DNA of 64,000 nt from an uncultured virus (IMG/VR IMGVR_UViG_3300035698_024761) (Duplodnaviria; Heunggongvirae; Uroviricota; Caudoviricetes), in the IMG/VR virus record IMGVR_UViG_3300035698_024761; one strand, written 5' to 3'. Position numbers and translations under genes: made by a program. The number at the start of each line of letters is the position of its first letter. Position 1 is the stretch's first letter. Of the stretch, positions 9,907 to 20,609 are shown piece by piece. The notes beneath the pieces were generated by a model. It was given only the letters and a program-made list of their open reading frames with translations, searched no databases and was not told where the DNA came from.

Positions 9907-10980
9907 CTAGATACAAAAAGCTTTCCACCCTTGCACGAATTGTTCACGCCGATTTTCAAGATCGGTCGTAGTACCAGTATTTATTGTTGCCAACCGCGCC
10001 TTATCTTGCAATAGCGCTAGCAGATGATCACCGAAAACCTTATAGTCTGCTAGCACCTCTGGAACGCCTAACCAATTTGTGCGTATCTCACAGGGCACCA
10101 GCACTGAATTTACGTTGTTTCTCAAGTACTCCGTCTGCGGTGGTATATCCCACGCTATCACTGGCGTGCCCATACATAACGAAGACAGGCCCACTAACCC
10201 AAAACTCTCATAGTGGGCTGGCCATATCGTCAAATCGGCGTTACCGAGCAGAGAAATACGCCGCAAGTTGTTAGGCTTGGCTACCAACGATAGCCGATCG
10301 GAGAAAACTTTTCGCATGCGACGAACTGCCCGCGTCGCGTGTAATGTCCACCTAGCACCGCTAGCAATTATGGCACGGACATGCTTATTCTCGTGCAGTA
10401 CCCGCTGCAACATGTCAAAAACGCCCATATTCGTGCGCTGGGCCTGAGAGTCGTAAAGCGGTAGAAGGACTGTGATCTCGCTGCCACTTAAGGCTACAGG
10501 GCTGGACGTAATGGGCACAGGCACATCCCAGGGCATAGAAACGGCTTGCTTAGCGCTGATCTGCCAGTTGCGGGCGATAGCCTTACCTACGCACCTGTAA
10601 GGAAAAATGATTTTGTCAGCCGCCTTGATCGCCTTGCCATCAACAGGCGAAAGCTCATCCCAAGACGGTAATACCACCGCCTCGATGCTACGATGAGAAG
10701 CCCAGCTGACCTCATCAAATGACGGTGTGCTGGTCCAAATGATTCGATCGCAACCTAATGCCCATTCTATAAAGTTGGACCTACGCTCGTCGACAACCTT
10801 GTTGTCCCAGTAGGCAGAGATCGCACGATGGCACGATTGTCTTGCAAGGATGCTAACTGGATACCCATCTGATTGGGCCGTCTCGGCGAGCATGATGGCG
10901 GCTTCTGCAGCCTCATGCGCATGCCATCGAGTCACGACGCCGAGTTGGAAGGGCATGCTGGACGCTCGCAGACGGGACAA
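9907..10980 (-). CDS. GT-B (GT4-like) glycosyltransferase
   Basis: C-terminal ADLTIWPAHYESFGLVGLSSLCMGTPVIAWD...EYLRNNVNSVLV. Confidence 0.7.
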   Translation of the reverse strand: MSRLRASSMPFQLGVVTRWHAHEAAEAAIMLAETAQSDGYPVSILARQSCHRAISAYWDNKVVDERRSNFIEWALGCDRIIWTSTPSFDEVSWASHRSIEAVVLPSWDELSPVDGKAIKAADKIIFPYRCVGKAIARNWQISAKQAVSMPWDVPVPITSSPVALSGSEITVLLPLYDSQAQRTNMGVFDMLQRVLHENKHVRAIIASGARWTLHATRAVRRMRKVFSDRLSLVAKPNNLRRISLLGNADLTIWPAHYESFGLVGLSSLCMGTPVIAWDIPPQTEYLRNNVNSVLVPCEIRTNWLGVPEVLADYKVFGDHLLALLQDKARLATINTGTTTDLENRREQFVQGWKAFCI

Positions 10981-11085
10981 CTGGCAAGTTGCATTAGTCT
11001 AACAAATTCGATAGTGTCGCGTACAGTATAACCTGCTTACTGTCATTGCTGTAGCCTCGCAATGCAAAACGACATCGCCGTTTTG

Positions 11086-14000
11086 TTACATCGGTGGCGG
11101 GGGTGCCGCCGATCCTTGGGCCTGCCCTTGAGCCGCTTGAGCCGCCATAGCTTGCCCTTGTCGCTTCGCGTTTTGGTCCAAGCCCTCTAACTTACTTTTG
11201 ACTAAAGCATGAATTACTTCGTTACGGGACTTAAGCCGCCGAAGTGCGGAGATTCTATGCGTTGACGGCAAAGCAAAAATCTGATTGGCGGTAGTGTCGG
11301 CAATTTGATGGAGCTCAACAGGAGTTACTGACTCCTGATCGCCCATCGGCAGATTGGCCAATACCGCCTCTACCGGATCGACAGGTTGTGCCACGCCAGG
11401 CTGCCCCATAGCCGCAGGATCGCCGCCGGCGGGAGCAGGAGGAGCAGCGCCAGGAGCAGCAGGAGCAGCACCAGCAGGAGCGCCACCGGCAGGTGCGGCG
11501 CCCGGCTGGCCGCCGGCTTGCACCGCGCCTTGAGCCATCTGATCGCCCAGACCCATTTGTTCCATTTCCTCCTGTACTTCGCCCCCCCGTTCGGCAACGT
11601 ACTTTTGTTCATCAAAGAGCCTGTCTTGTTCCTCCTCGAATTGTAGGCCAACACTTTTCAACCCCGTCGTTTGACTTATTTGCTGCCCCATCATCAACTG
11701 AAGTTTGGCAAGTTGACGGTTAAGATCGTCGGCGTGACTTGGGCGTTCTAGACGACATGTGACCTCGTCCCAAGACAACGCAATGCTAATTTTGTCAACA
11801 ACCCATTGCAAGAACTTGTTGAGCACATGCGTAAGGTGGCTCCAATTGCTTTCCATGAGTCGCAAAGCCGCGGGTGCCGATTGCAAGCTCATGCTACCTT
11901 TGTAGAACTCTACAGGTACGCCTATGCTGTTGAGCAGCGTATCAAGGCCCTGATCCATCAGCTCATGTGGTGCTAGCTGACTCGCCTCGCCGCCTAATGC
12001 CTGATAGCGAACTGGGAACGGTAAGGTAAACCACGACGCTGGATCGCGTCGCCGCTGCTGTAGCATTGCATTGATTTGCCCGGTAACCCCGCCCATATCG
12101 CTATTGAACAGCGGATCAGTCATCATACCGTTGCCAGCGGAGCCCTGCCGCGGCTCCGGAGTAATTACTCGGAACGGAATGATGTAATCTAGCCCGATCG
12201 CCTCGTTGTACCTATGCAACACTTGCACATACCAGGCCTGCCGGAAATTAGTCAATACGCGACTGATACCCCAACCCTTATTCAATACGCCAGCAAGCGT
12301 ATCCTCTTTGGCGTGGTAAATGACATCTGGATCGAAAAGCAGATGGTTATTATTTCTGCAGGCCTGTATAACTTCCCAAGGCGCGCGCTCGAGTTGATGT
12401 AATCGACCCTTTGCAATGTGATCTTTGTAGTAGTTAGGGATTTTCCAAATATGACCGCATTGCTCGGTATACGGATCCCAGACGAGCTCTAGCTCATGGA
12501 TATTCCATCGCTTGACGACAATGTCATCCTCTTCGGACGTACGGCGATCAACATGGGTCCATTTGCCTGTGCGATGACAGAACGGGCATGTAGCGTTAAA
12601 TTCGTGACCGCTCCAGCTATAGTGGAATTTTTGATTGCCGTGAATCCGCTTCAACGGCGCCTCGAAGCCACACCCTGGGCACGAGAGATGCCGACGGAAC
12701 GGCATAATTACTGAGCAAATAGAATTGCCGTATGTGAGAAAGTCAAGCGCCACATACTTCAGCAGTGAATGGATCCCCAGCGTGTCGTAGAGGTAATCCT
12801 TGTACTTTTGCTTGCCGGCCCGATCAGTACCGTCGATCTCGATATCCGTAATGAAATACGAGATCACCCGCTCGATGGCAGAGCGATAGACACCATTCGT
12901 CAGAATCAGAAATTCACAATTAGCGCTGGCAATACCGCCGGCTACGTAGCTATGCTCACCCTCAACCTCAAAGTTGCAAATATCGCCTTCATAGTACTCC
13001 TCAGCAACGCCCGTCACGCGACGATATACATAGTCGCCGTAAATAAATGATTTGGTGGCGCCCGCGGCTTGTGCCTCAAAACTCTCCAATGCCTTTTGCG
13101 CTTGCTGCAGCTTTACAGACCATTGAACTAGCTGAGCTATGTCCTTTTTGCCAAAATGCAAAGCGTAACCACCGCCCTTAGAGCCGTATTTACCTTTGCC
13201 TTTAGCGGTGAAAATCTTGCTCAATCCCGGGGTCATCCCAAGTGAATGGGCTATTCGCTGAAACTGATACGCCATAGTGTATGACGTGGTCCATCCTGTC
13301 ATGCCATAGAATACGCCCCGTAAATTGTTGATACTGCCACCACCATCAAGCCAGCCTGCTAGAATTTTTTGACGCGTACTCCGCTTAAATTGCATAGCAC
13401 GATGGGCATCCTTAGTACGTGCTAAACCGGGAAAATTGGATATAAGCCATCCAGGCAGTTCAGGATCTCGAACTGTAATCGTTCGAATGTCTGGCCGCCC
13501 AGGCGGCGTATAGACTGTCTGTGGAAAACCTGTAGCGTCTTCAAGCAATGAACGGAGGCGATCGGCAATACCCTGCCGCTCGTCCTTCTCGCCGAGATAA
13601 AACTTCGCCGCCATCACCCGCTCATCGTCGTAAACTACGCATCCTTCAGCGAGATACATTCCGATGATATAGCCGTCATACGGGCAACGCGAAGGCGTTT
13701 CCGGCTCGATAGGCAGCGGCGTAAGCAAGAAATCTCCAATCGATATATCCACCGCCGGCACTTTTTCGATTGGCAATTTACTGAAATCGAGTTCGCTGGG
13801 CTTTTTGCCGCGAGGCGCCCGCACAACAAACAAATTATGGGAACTCGTCAGTCGCAATGGTAATTTTATGCCAAAGGACCCTACAGTGATATTACAGATA
13901 GTCTCAGTCACGGGTCGACGACTGCATTGCACTACGCGGCCGGGCTGCCCATCCTTATTCAAAACGCTATCGCCTGGGCGAATATCCTCAATGGCTTTGA

Positions 14001-14211
14001 GCGACAAATCGGCCAGCTCAATAGGTGTTCCAGGTACCCAACACCATTTCAATGCGTCGGTGAACGATGTGGGCATCGCTGTCGACGCATAATCCGCGAA
14101 GGGGCACGGGAAGGGCTCTGCTGAGTTCGCACCACCTAAACTATTAGATGCAAAATTCGGTATTAGAAAACTCATGCCGGCCAGCCTCCGTGCTAAACAG
14201 CGGTACGGCAA
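11086..14211 (-). CDS. Putative phage portal-like structural protein interrupted by an intein
   Basis: Extein of ~650 aa with a CPGC/CPFC insert, DVIYHAK, portal-like LNSIGVPVEF, and a Gln/Pro/Ala-rich tail. The portal call is inference. Start probably MSFLIPNF (14175). Confidence 0.55.
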   Translation of the reverse strand: MPYRCLARRLAGMSFLIPNFASNSLGGANSAEPFPCPFADYASTAMPTSFTDALKWCWVPGTPIELADLSLKAIEDIRPGDSVLNKDGQPGRVVQCSRRPVTETICNITVGSFGIKLPLRLTSSHNLFVVRAPRGKKPSELDFSKLPIEKVPAVDISIGDFLLTPLPIEPETPSRCPYDGYIIGMYLAEGCVVYDDERVMAAKFYLGEKDERQGIADRLRSLLEDATGFPQTVYTPPGRPDIRTITVRDPELPGWLISNFPGLARTKDAHRAMQFKRSTRQKILAGWLDGGGSINNLRGVFYGMTGWTTSYTMAYQFQRIAHSLGMTPGLSKIFTAKGKGKYGSKGGGYALHFGKKDIAQLVQWSVKLQQAQKALESFEAQAAGATKSFIYGDYVYRRVTGVAEEYYEGDICNFEVEGEHSYVAGGIASANCEFLILTNGVYRSAIERVISYFITDIEIDGTDRAGKQKYKDYLYDTLGIHSLLKYVALDFLTYGNSICSVIMPFRRHLSCPGCGFEAPLKRIHGNQKFHYSWSGHEFNATCPFCHRTGKWTHVDRRTSEEDDIVVKRWNIHELELVWDPYTEQCGHIWKIPNYYKDHIAKGRLHQLERAPWEVIQACRNNNHLLFDPDVIYHAKEDTLAGVLNKGWGISRVLTNFRQAWYVQVLHRYNEAIGLDYIIPFRVITPEPRQGSAGNGMMTDPLFNSDMGGVTGQINAMLQQRRRDPASWFTLPFPVRYQALGGEASQLAPHELMDQGLDTLLNSIGVPVEFYKGSMSLQSAPAALRLMESNWSHLTHVLNKFLQWVVDKISIALSWDEVTCRLERPSHADDLNRQLAKLQLMMGQQISQTTGLKSVGLQFEEEQDRLFDEQKYVAERGGEVQEEMEQMGLGDQMAQGAVQAGGQPGAAPAGGAPAGAAPAAPGAAPPAPAGGDPAAMGQPGVAQPVDPVEAVLANLPMGDQESVTPVELHQIADTTANQIFALPSTHRISALRRLKSRNEVIHALVKSKLEGLDQNAKRQGQAMAAQAAQGQAQGSAAPPPPM
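12919..14043 (-). mobile_element. Intein with LAGLIDADG homing endonuclease (375 aa)
   Basis: Block A CWVPGTPIELAD, block B LRLTSSHNLF, endonuclease motifs IIGMYLAEG and LAGWLDGGGSI, blocks F/G CNFEVEGEHSYVAGGIASAN followed by Cys+1. Confidence 0.9.
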
Positions 14212-14466
14212 TTACTTGCCTATAACTGCCTTGAATGCCTGTCCCTGGCCCGGCGCTAGCTAGCTTCGGCCACTTTGTCAGCAAGACGCTTTTTGGCGTC
14301 CTCTGCCAACTGCGCGAGCGCTATGCGCTGGTCGTCAGCTTGCTTTTCGCACGACCGCCCCGCGCAACACGCGCACTTAGACAGCTCGGGCTTAGTGAGA
14401 CCTGGCTTAATTACACCTTGCTTTTCCATACTATCATCCTCCGTGAAATTGCGGATTTTGGGAAGA

Positions 14467-15585
14467 TCAATCGGGGATCGGGTACTCTTCTTTGATAAGC
14501 AGAATATGCATATCAAAGTCCCGGAATGGAAACTGGATGCCAGTGCAAGCGGTACGATAGATCATGTTTCGGCCCTCTACCAGTACGGCTAAATCACTAT
14601 CCGTTGTCTGCGGAAATACGCGCGGAAAGCCGACGGCTCGCCGATCGAATACCAGAATCAGGGACGCGCCCTCGCGTATAACCTCATGAAAAAAGGCCTC
14701 CTGCTTAAACGGATTGCCGTGCACCTCGAATGTCACCTTGCACGTAGGCGGGCCCGCGGTTCCGCTACTCACTGCGGTAGGTATTGACATCGGCACAGCT
14801 GGCGCCGTTTTATCGAACAAGGACCCCGCTGGTGCTTGCAATGCTGGTCCTTGCGCTGGCGGCAGCTGCGACGGCTGAACCGGTTGGCCGGGCGCTATAG
14901 GCGGCTGTCCCGGCATTTGCGGCATTTGCGGTGACGGTACGGCCGCGGCGACAGGCAACACCGGTACCGGCGGCGGTTGCGCGAATACCGGCTCATTGGC
15001 CGTTGCACGCCCGCCTGGAATCACTAGCTCGACACCCTGGTTGAGCATCGCTTGCGGTTGGACTGCTTCCGACATTGGTAGTTGTCCTCCTCCTTCGGAC
15101 GCCTTAGGTACGACATACGATCCAGGCATATTTAACGGGGCCTCCCGACAATCTGTCGGCGTCGATTCAGGCACGCGGTCAGGCTTATCGGATACAGCAA
15201 AACCTCTGTACACTGCTGAAGCCCGAAGTCTTCGCTCCCGCACATCTACTGATTGAAGTATACCCTGGGCGTCCGCGGCTTGCTTGAGTAAGTCTTTAGG
15301 TAACTGCGTCATATCGATAACGAAGCCTTGCCCAGGTATATCAGGATCAACATTGACACGACGACAGACCGCATTGGGATCATGCCCAATGGGCGCACCG
15401 CCTTCCGTTGATCGACGAATGACAGTGCCGCTAGCACCCCATATTCCAGGAGGAAGCGCAGACGCTGTTGAGTGACGGCTAAGCGGCAGTATTTCGGTAG
15501 CAGGATCGTGATACTTAGACGGATCGAGATTGCTCTCGTTGATAGCTCCGCCGCCATCCCAGAATGTATTTCGTGTTATCGGCAT
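14467..15585 (-). CDS. Hypothetical protein with a Pro/Gln-rich linker
   Basis: 372-aa ORF. Confidence 0.6.
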   Translation of the reverse strand: MPITRNTFWDGGGAINESNLDPSKYHDPATEILPLSRHSTASALPPGIWGASGTVIRRSTEGGAPIGHDPNAVCRRVNVDPDIPGQGFVIDMTQLPKDLLKQAADAQGILQSVDVRERRLRASAVYRGFAVSDKPDRVPESTPTDCREAPLNMPGSYVVPKASEGGGQLPMSEAVQPQAMLNQGVELVIPGGRATANEPVFAQPPPVPVLPVAAAVPSPQMPQMPGQPPIAPGQPVQPSQLPPAQGPALQAPAGSLFDKTAPAVPMSIPTAVSSGTAGPPTCKVTFEVHGNPFKQEAFFHEVIREGASLILVFDRRAVGFPRVFPQTTDSDLAVLVEGRNMIYRTACTGIQFPFRDFDMHILLIKEEYPIPD

Positions 15586-15630
15586 GCCAATATCCCTGTG
15601 GACCAGCCATCAGTGTAGCACCTGATAGCT

Positions 15631-15674
15631 AAGAAAGAAAGGTCCAGATGCCGGGAACCCCCGGCACCTGGACC
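15631..15674 (-). terminator. Intrinsic terminator
   Basis: GGTCCAG-TGCCGGG/CCCGGCA-CTGGACC stem followed by TTTCTTTCTT on the minus strand. Confidence 0.7.
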
Positions 15675-15797
15675 AATAGTCAGCTTGCGTCAGTAACGCC
15701 ATTCCTCGACAACAAGCACTCCAATCGCGCCTCTTCTAAAGGCAAAAGCCGCGGCCTTTGCATCAATGCAAGCATCTCGTCCACGTCGTCGGGCGAT

Positions 15798-18700
15798 TCA
15801 GTCGCTGCGCCTGTCAAGCCAATCTGGGTCAGCATCGGTTCCCTCCACAAGCATTTTCCTGGTGATGAAAAACCACAATCTCTGCGGGTGCCGCTGTGTG
15901 AGCATTGCTTCCCGGGTCAAGGGCACAATCAGCTCCCACGCGTGTTCCAACGCCCGTAGCCCTACAACCATAATCGCGGGATCCTCAGGCCAGTACGGAT
16001 AGATTACGGGATCTTCTGTACTGTTATCCTGTAGCCACGCTGTTATATCCGCAACAGTCGCTACGACTTCTCGCAGCTGCGGATTCGTTTCTTCTGATTT
16101 GTCTTCTTGCACACGAATTCCTTTCGTATGTCCGTCGGGCCGATAGCGACATTCACGCCGCCGCTATAGAATTGCCAATCCGCACACGCTTTTGAATGAT
16201 TGGACCAGTCAACCAACTGCGGAACGAGACGGACATCCGCTCGATGGTAGAATTCGCAAAGTGGCATACATTCTGAATGTCCGTTACTCAATGTTAACTT
16301 CACGCCCTCAACGCATCCGGCTACAACCGCATCCGCCGCAGTCGACTGCTCATCGCCCCTCTGCGCATCCTGCGCACGCGCGACAGCCAGCACGCTCTCG
16401 TATTCATCATCCGTGATAGCTGCGTCCCCCCGTATCTTACAAAGGTCGTAGCTACAGACATCCAGTCCGCAATACGTATGGATTCCGCAACTTCCGTCGC
16501 CGGGGGTGAGAAACGGCCGCGTCGATGATCTACTTTCCCATTCGACGTCGACCACTTGGCGAAACTCCTCAACGGTCCGCAAACACCACGGACTTTTAAG
16601 CAACATCTGCGCATCCGTCCGCTGGGCTAGCAATCGCGCGGACAAACACTGCTCTCCAACGCCCGCAAGCCATTCCATCTGCGTGTCTTTCAGCGCCGGC
16701 GGTGGTGGCCCCGCACAGAACTGCACGTACGGTGTCGGAACAATGAATTGCCGCAACTCCCTAAAGTGCGCATGCGCCTGCGCTCGCACATGCAAATGGT
16801 AATGGTAGGACTCCTCTTCAGGGCCGGACGCCTCCGCGTTGTCATGCAATTCGCCCGGGCTCACACGCTGACGCTCAGCAATCCCGTCAATCTTACGGGA
16901 CGCCTCCTTCGCGACGTGGCCAGACACGAGCGCCCGCAGCAATGTCATCGCTACCCCAAACATCTCGTCATCGAGGTCAAACCGCCGACCGTAGGCGGGA
17001 ACAAAACGCGAGGCATCCATGCTCTCGCGTTCTTTTTCTAAATCGGAACGATACCGACCTAGCTGTGATTGGATCGAGTGATGCGAAGCGTCTGCTCTTT
17101 GCCCGCCTAATAGCCAGGCTCGGCGACGGCGCATAACATTGTCCACGTTAAGCAGCCCCGGCGTCGCCCAAAGGTCCTTAACATGTATTGAGCCGCGGCT
17201 ATGACCCAGCATGAATTCTCCGCCTTGCTGCCAGCTCTTATACGTCCGGAACCGAAACTGCTTGTTCACGGACTGGCCACCGAAGTCATGATAGTCGTCG
17301 AGCACGGCGAGCATGCCATGTTCCGCTATTGCCGTACGACCCGGCTTGAGGGTCTGCGGCACGATCCACGTGGCGGCGCTCATATTCTTGAGCGACTGCC
17401 TACAGATACGCGCGTACACGCGCATCCACACAACCCAATCAATAAATCGCCGATACGTCATCGGCAAGTCGGCGCCATACATGGCGAGCCACCCAACCCA
17501 ATCAAATGGGTTGGTTATTGGTTTCCCATTGGCTATACGCCACTGGTTAACCTCTCCGACTGCGATTTGGAATGTTAATAGCAGCACGTTGGCTGATGCT
17601 GCCTGTAACTCCTCCAAGGGCCACTCTGTGGCTTCGCCCATCATGGGCGCCGCGACCTTTCCCGCCAGCGCAACCACGGCTGGCGAGACTTTGTCCGCAT
17701 TGACGCAGCCGGGATCTTCGATCACGGCCACATTCAACGGTGTGCGTCCTAGCGTGCATGTGCCAAACTCCATACTCGTCGCTCCTTCAGGATAAAAGGG
17801 GGGAGAGCGAGCTAATCACGAATCGATTACTTCCGTGAAAGCCCGATACGCCGCCATTGGTACCGTGAGTTCCCGGTCACCAAAAAGGGTGCGTACCGTC
17901 AGGATCATGTATCCTGTTTTCATGCCTTTGTGGCTTTGAGGATGGCGCTTAAGCACGCGCCATCCATAAAAGAGTCGGACTTTGTGTTGCCCGTTCATGG
18001 CATGTGGCGGCAGCCAAACCATAGCTTGACCATCTTATAATGCCGTGAATACACCCTATATTTTAGGAGGATTCGAGAGGCTCGTCGTCGAGCTGACCCA
18101 CCGGCAATGATGTGCCTGGCGGCGATTCAGTAACCGAATCCGGCACGCCGCCCACGGTTTCGACATTATTAGATTGCGCTTGCGATACCGTCTGCGCCTG
18201 CGACTGCGCCTGTGCCTGCGCCCGCTCTGCGTCTAGCGGTTGCTCCCGCGTAATATCTTCTTCGGGGATAGGCTGCCACATAAAACCGTCCACATCTTGC
18301 ATGCTGCCCTGCGGATCGACGCCCGCAATAACCTTACCCTCGATCTCGATGAGCTTCTCTCCATCAACAAGCTTCCACCGTCGGCCCTTTTGGATATGCA
18401 ACCAGTTGCCACGGAAAATCTGCATATAGACCTCCGTGTCCGGATTCTCGCGAGCTAGTTGCCGCGTATCCATAATACACTGTGTCAAATCTTTCAACGT
18501 GGAAAATTCCCGCACTGTTGGCGCAGCGTCATTGGCAATTATCACCGCGTAGTAGCTGGCCTTACCAGGCTGCTCCATAGCCTCGAGAGCATGCTGCAAA
18601 GACGCTATGAACTTTCCGAGAATGTTGCGGTGACCCTGCCGCGACTGCTCCGCGCGTAAGCCAGCAATATCCTTCGCGGCTATCGCCTTGGATTCAACAG

Positions 18701-19816
18701 CAGACGTAGTCACAACGGCTGTTGGCGGCGGAATTGAAGCTGGCGTTGCTTGTGCTGGTTCATTGCTCATTATTTGCTACTTTCCTATTCGACGCCTTGA
18801 GCGGACCGAGCTCATCAAATCTCGCGCTTACGCGTTTACGCGGCTTGTCGAGCTCAACGGCCTGCACCTTGCCATTGCTAGCGTGTACGCGCGCCATTTG
18901 CTTGACGTCACGCCCCTTGCCACCATTAGTGGTAATACGGGCTATGGTCTGCATTGACAGCCCTTCATAGAAATACGGCGCAATAGTGACTGTCGCATTA
19001 AAATGCTCCTTACTGGTAGCGATCACTTTGCCGTCGCCGTCACGCAATATCCATTCACCCTCTAAGGCGTGCGGAAGTTCAAGTATTGTCTTCATTGTGT
19101 GATCCTATAATTGTTGGGCCTACCTGCTGCGCTCGCTTGTACTCGTCGAGCAGCGGCTGGAAGGCTGGGTTCTTATGCGCAGTTAACGCACCGGTATCGC
19201 CACGGAAGACCGCTTCAGCCATGTCCATAACATCTTGCCGTGGTGGCATCTTTACTATCCGCGGCTGTCCGATAGGTGAAATGGCCGGGCGTACTTCCCA
19301 TCTGGCCATGTTCCCGTCAACGCAGAAGACGGTAACAGTAATCTGAGGAATGTCCGCGTATAAAATAGAATGACGCTCTGCTAGCACCGGATCCGCGATC
19401 TCTAAATCCCCGGAAAACGCACGGTAGAAGCGATGATCCGGCGTATTGATAGCACAGATACCGCCCAAATGCTCCCAAAGGCTTTGCCAGCGCTCTTTCT
19501 TTACTCCGCAAATAATATTGTCCCACGTAAGGTTGCCCAGATAGGTGGGTGCTATCAGCCCGTCGAAAACGGGCTTAGTAAACGGCTGCAGCAGTACTTC
19601 CGTTCCAAGTGGCTGCTGCGCGTACCAATCGGCTACCGGATCCTGTACAGGATAGTTGAATTCCGCAAAGCTAAAAAAAGCACCGTGATTGAAGAAATGC
19701 CAGTCCTCGGACATATCCGAGAGCGAGAAGATGGCCGGTTTCGTATCCACCGGCGTATCTTCTCGTTTCTCGGTCCAATCGGTGCCCGCTGCGATGATAT
19801 TCGGTAACTTTGACAC
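15798..19816 (-). other. String of hypothetical genes (15798-16112, 16061-17773, 17816-18022, 18063-18770, 18760-19095, 19079-19816)
   Basis: Tightly packed or overlapping minus-strand ORFs with no recognisable motif. Confidence 0.55.
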
Positions 19817-19970
19817 AGCACCTATCCTTCATGTAAAGACGGCTATCGGGATTTGCACCCAACTGCGGGGCTATGGACCCTCACGGCCACTACGGCTTGC
19901 CGTCCGACCGCCAGAGTCGGTCTCTTTGGTAATTTTCTTGCCCGCAAAAAAATTGGCTGCACTAGCATAG

Positions 19971-20581
19971 CGGCCAAATATGTTAAGGCAAACGATTTCT
20001 GGATTTCATCGTGACCGCAGCCGAATATGTTAAGGCAAGCGATTTCTGGATTTCATCGTGACCACAGCCGAATATGTTAAGGCAAGCGATTTCTGGATTT
20101 CATCGTGACCGCAGCCAAATATGTCAAGGCACGCAACTTCTGGGTTTCAGAGGGAGTGCGGCCAAATATGTCAAGGCAAATCGCACCTAGGTTTCATCGG
20201 CGTAGCGGCCAAATATGTCAAGGCAGACAGTCTGTGGGTTTCACAACGTCGCCGGCCAAATATGTTAAAGCAATAGCCAAACGGGTTTCACTATCATACC
20301 GGCCAAATATGTTAAGGCAATACATCAATGGGTTTCATCGTCACTCCAGCCAAATATGTTAAGGCATCTCTACCTTGGATTTCAGCGGGTCTCCGACCAA
20401 ATATATTAAGGCAAAACTCGACTAGGTCTCAACGACAGCTCGGCCAAATATGGCAAGGCAGGCAGTCGGTGGGTTTCACACCATCCGCGGCCGAATATGT
20501 CAAGGCAAGCGTCATCGGGGTTTCACGCGGAATGCGGCCAAATATGTCAAGGCAGCTCTATCTTGGGTTTCAATGGCTTTC
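19971..20581 (-). repeat. TIGR-like dual-repeat array 1 (13 units, exact 47-nt period)
   Basis: Plus strand: 20-nt CGGCCAAATATGTYAAGGCA at 19971+47n (n=0-12), 9-nt variable, 9-nt TGGRTTTCA, 9-nt variable. The strand is inferred from flanking genes and motif orientation. Confidence 0.85.
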
Positions 20582-20609
20582 CGCAATTCGTCTTCGTAAC
20601 AGGTGTGGC

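Noticed and set aside
19971..20581. CRISPR array call
   Set aside because: The variable segments are only 9 nt and alternate with two different repeats; no cas1/cas2 or effector module was seen.
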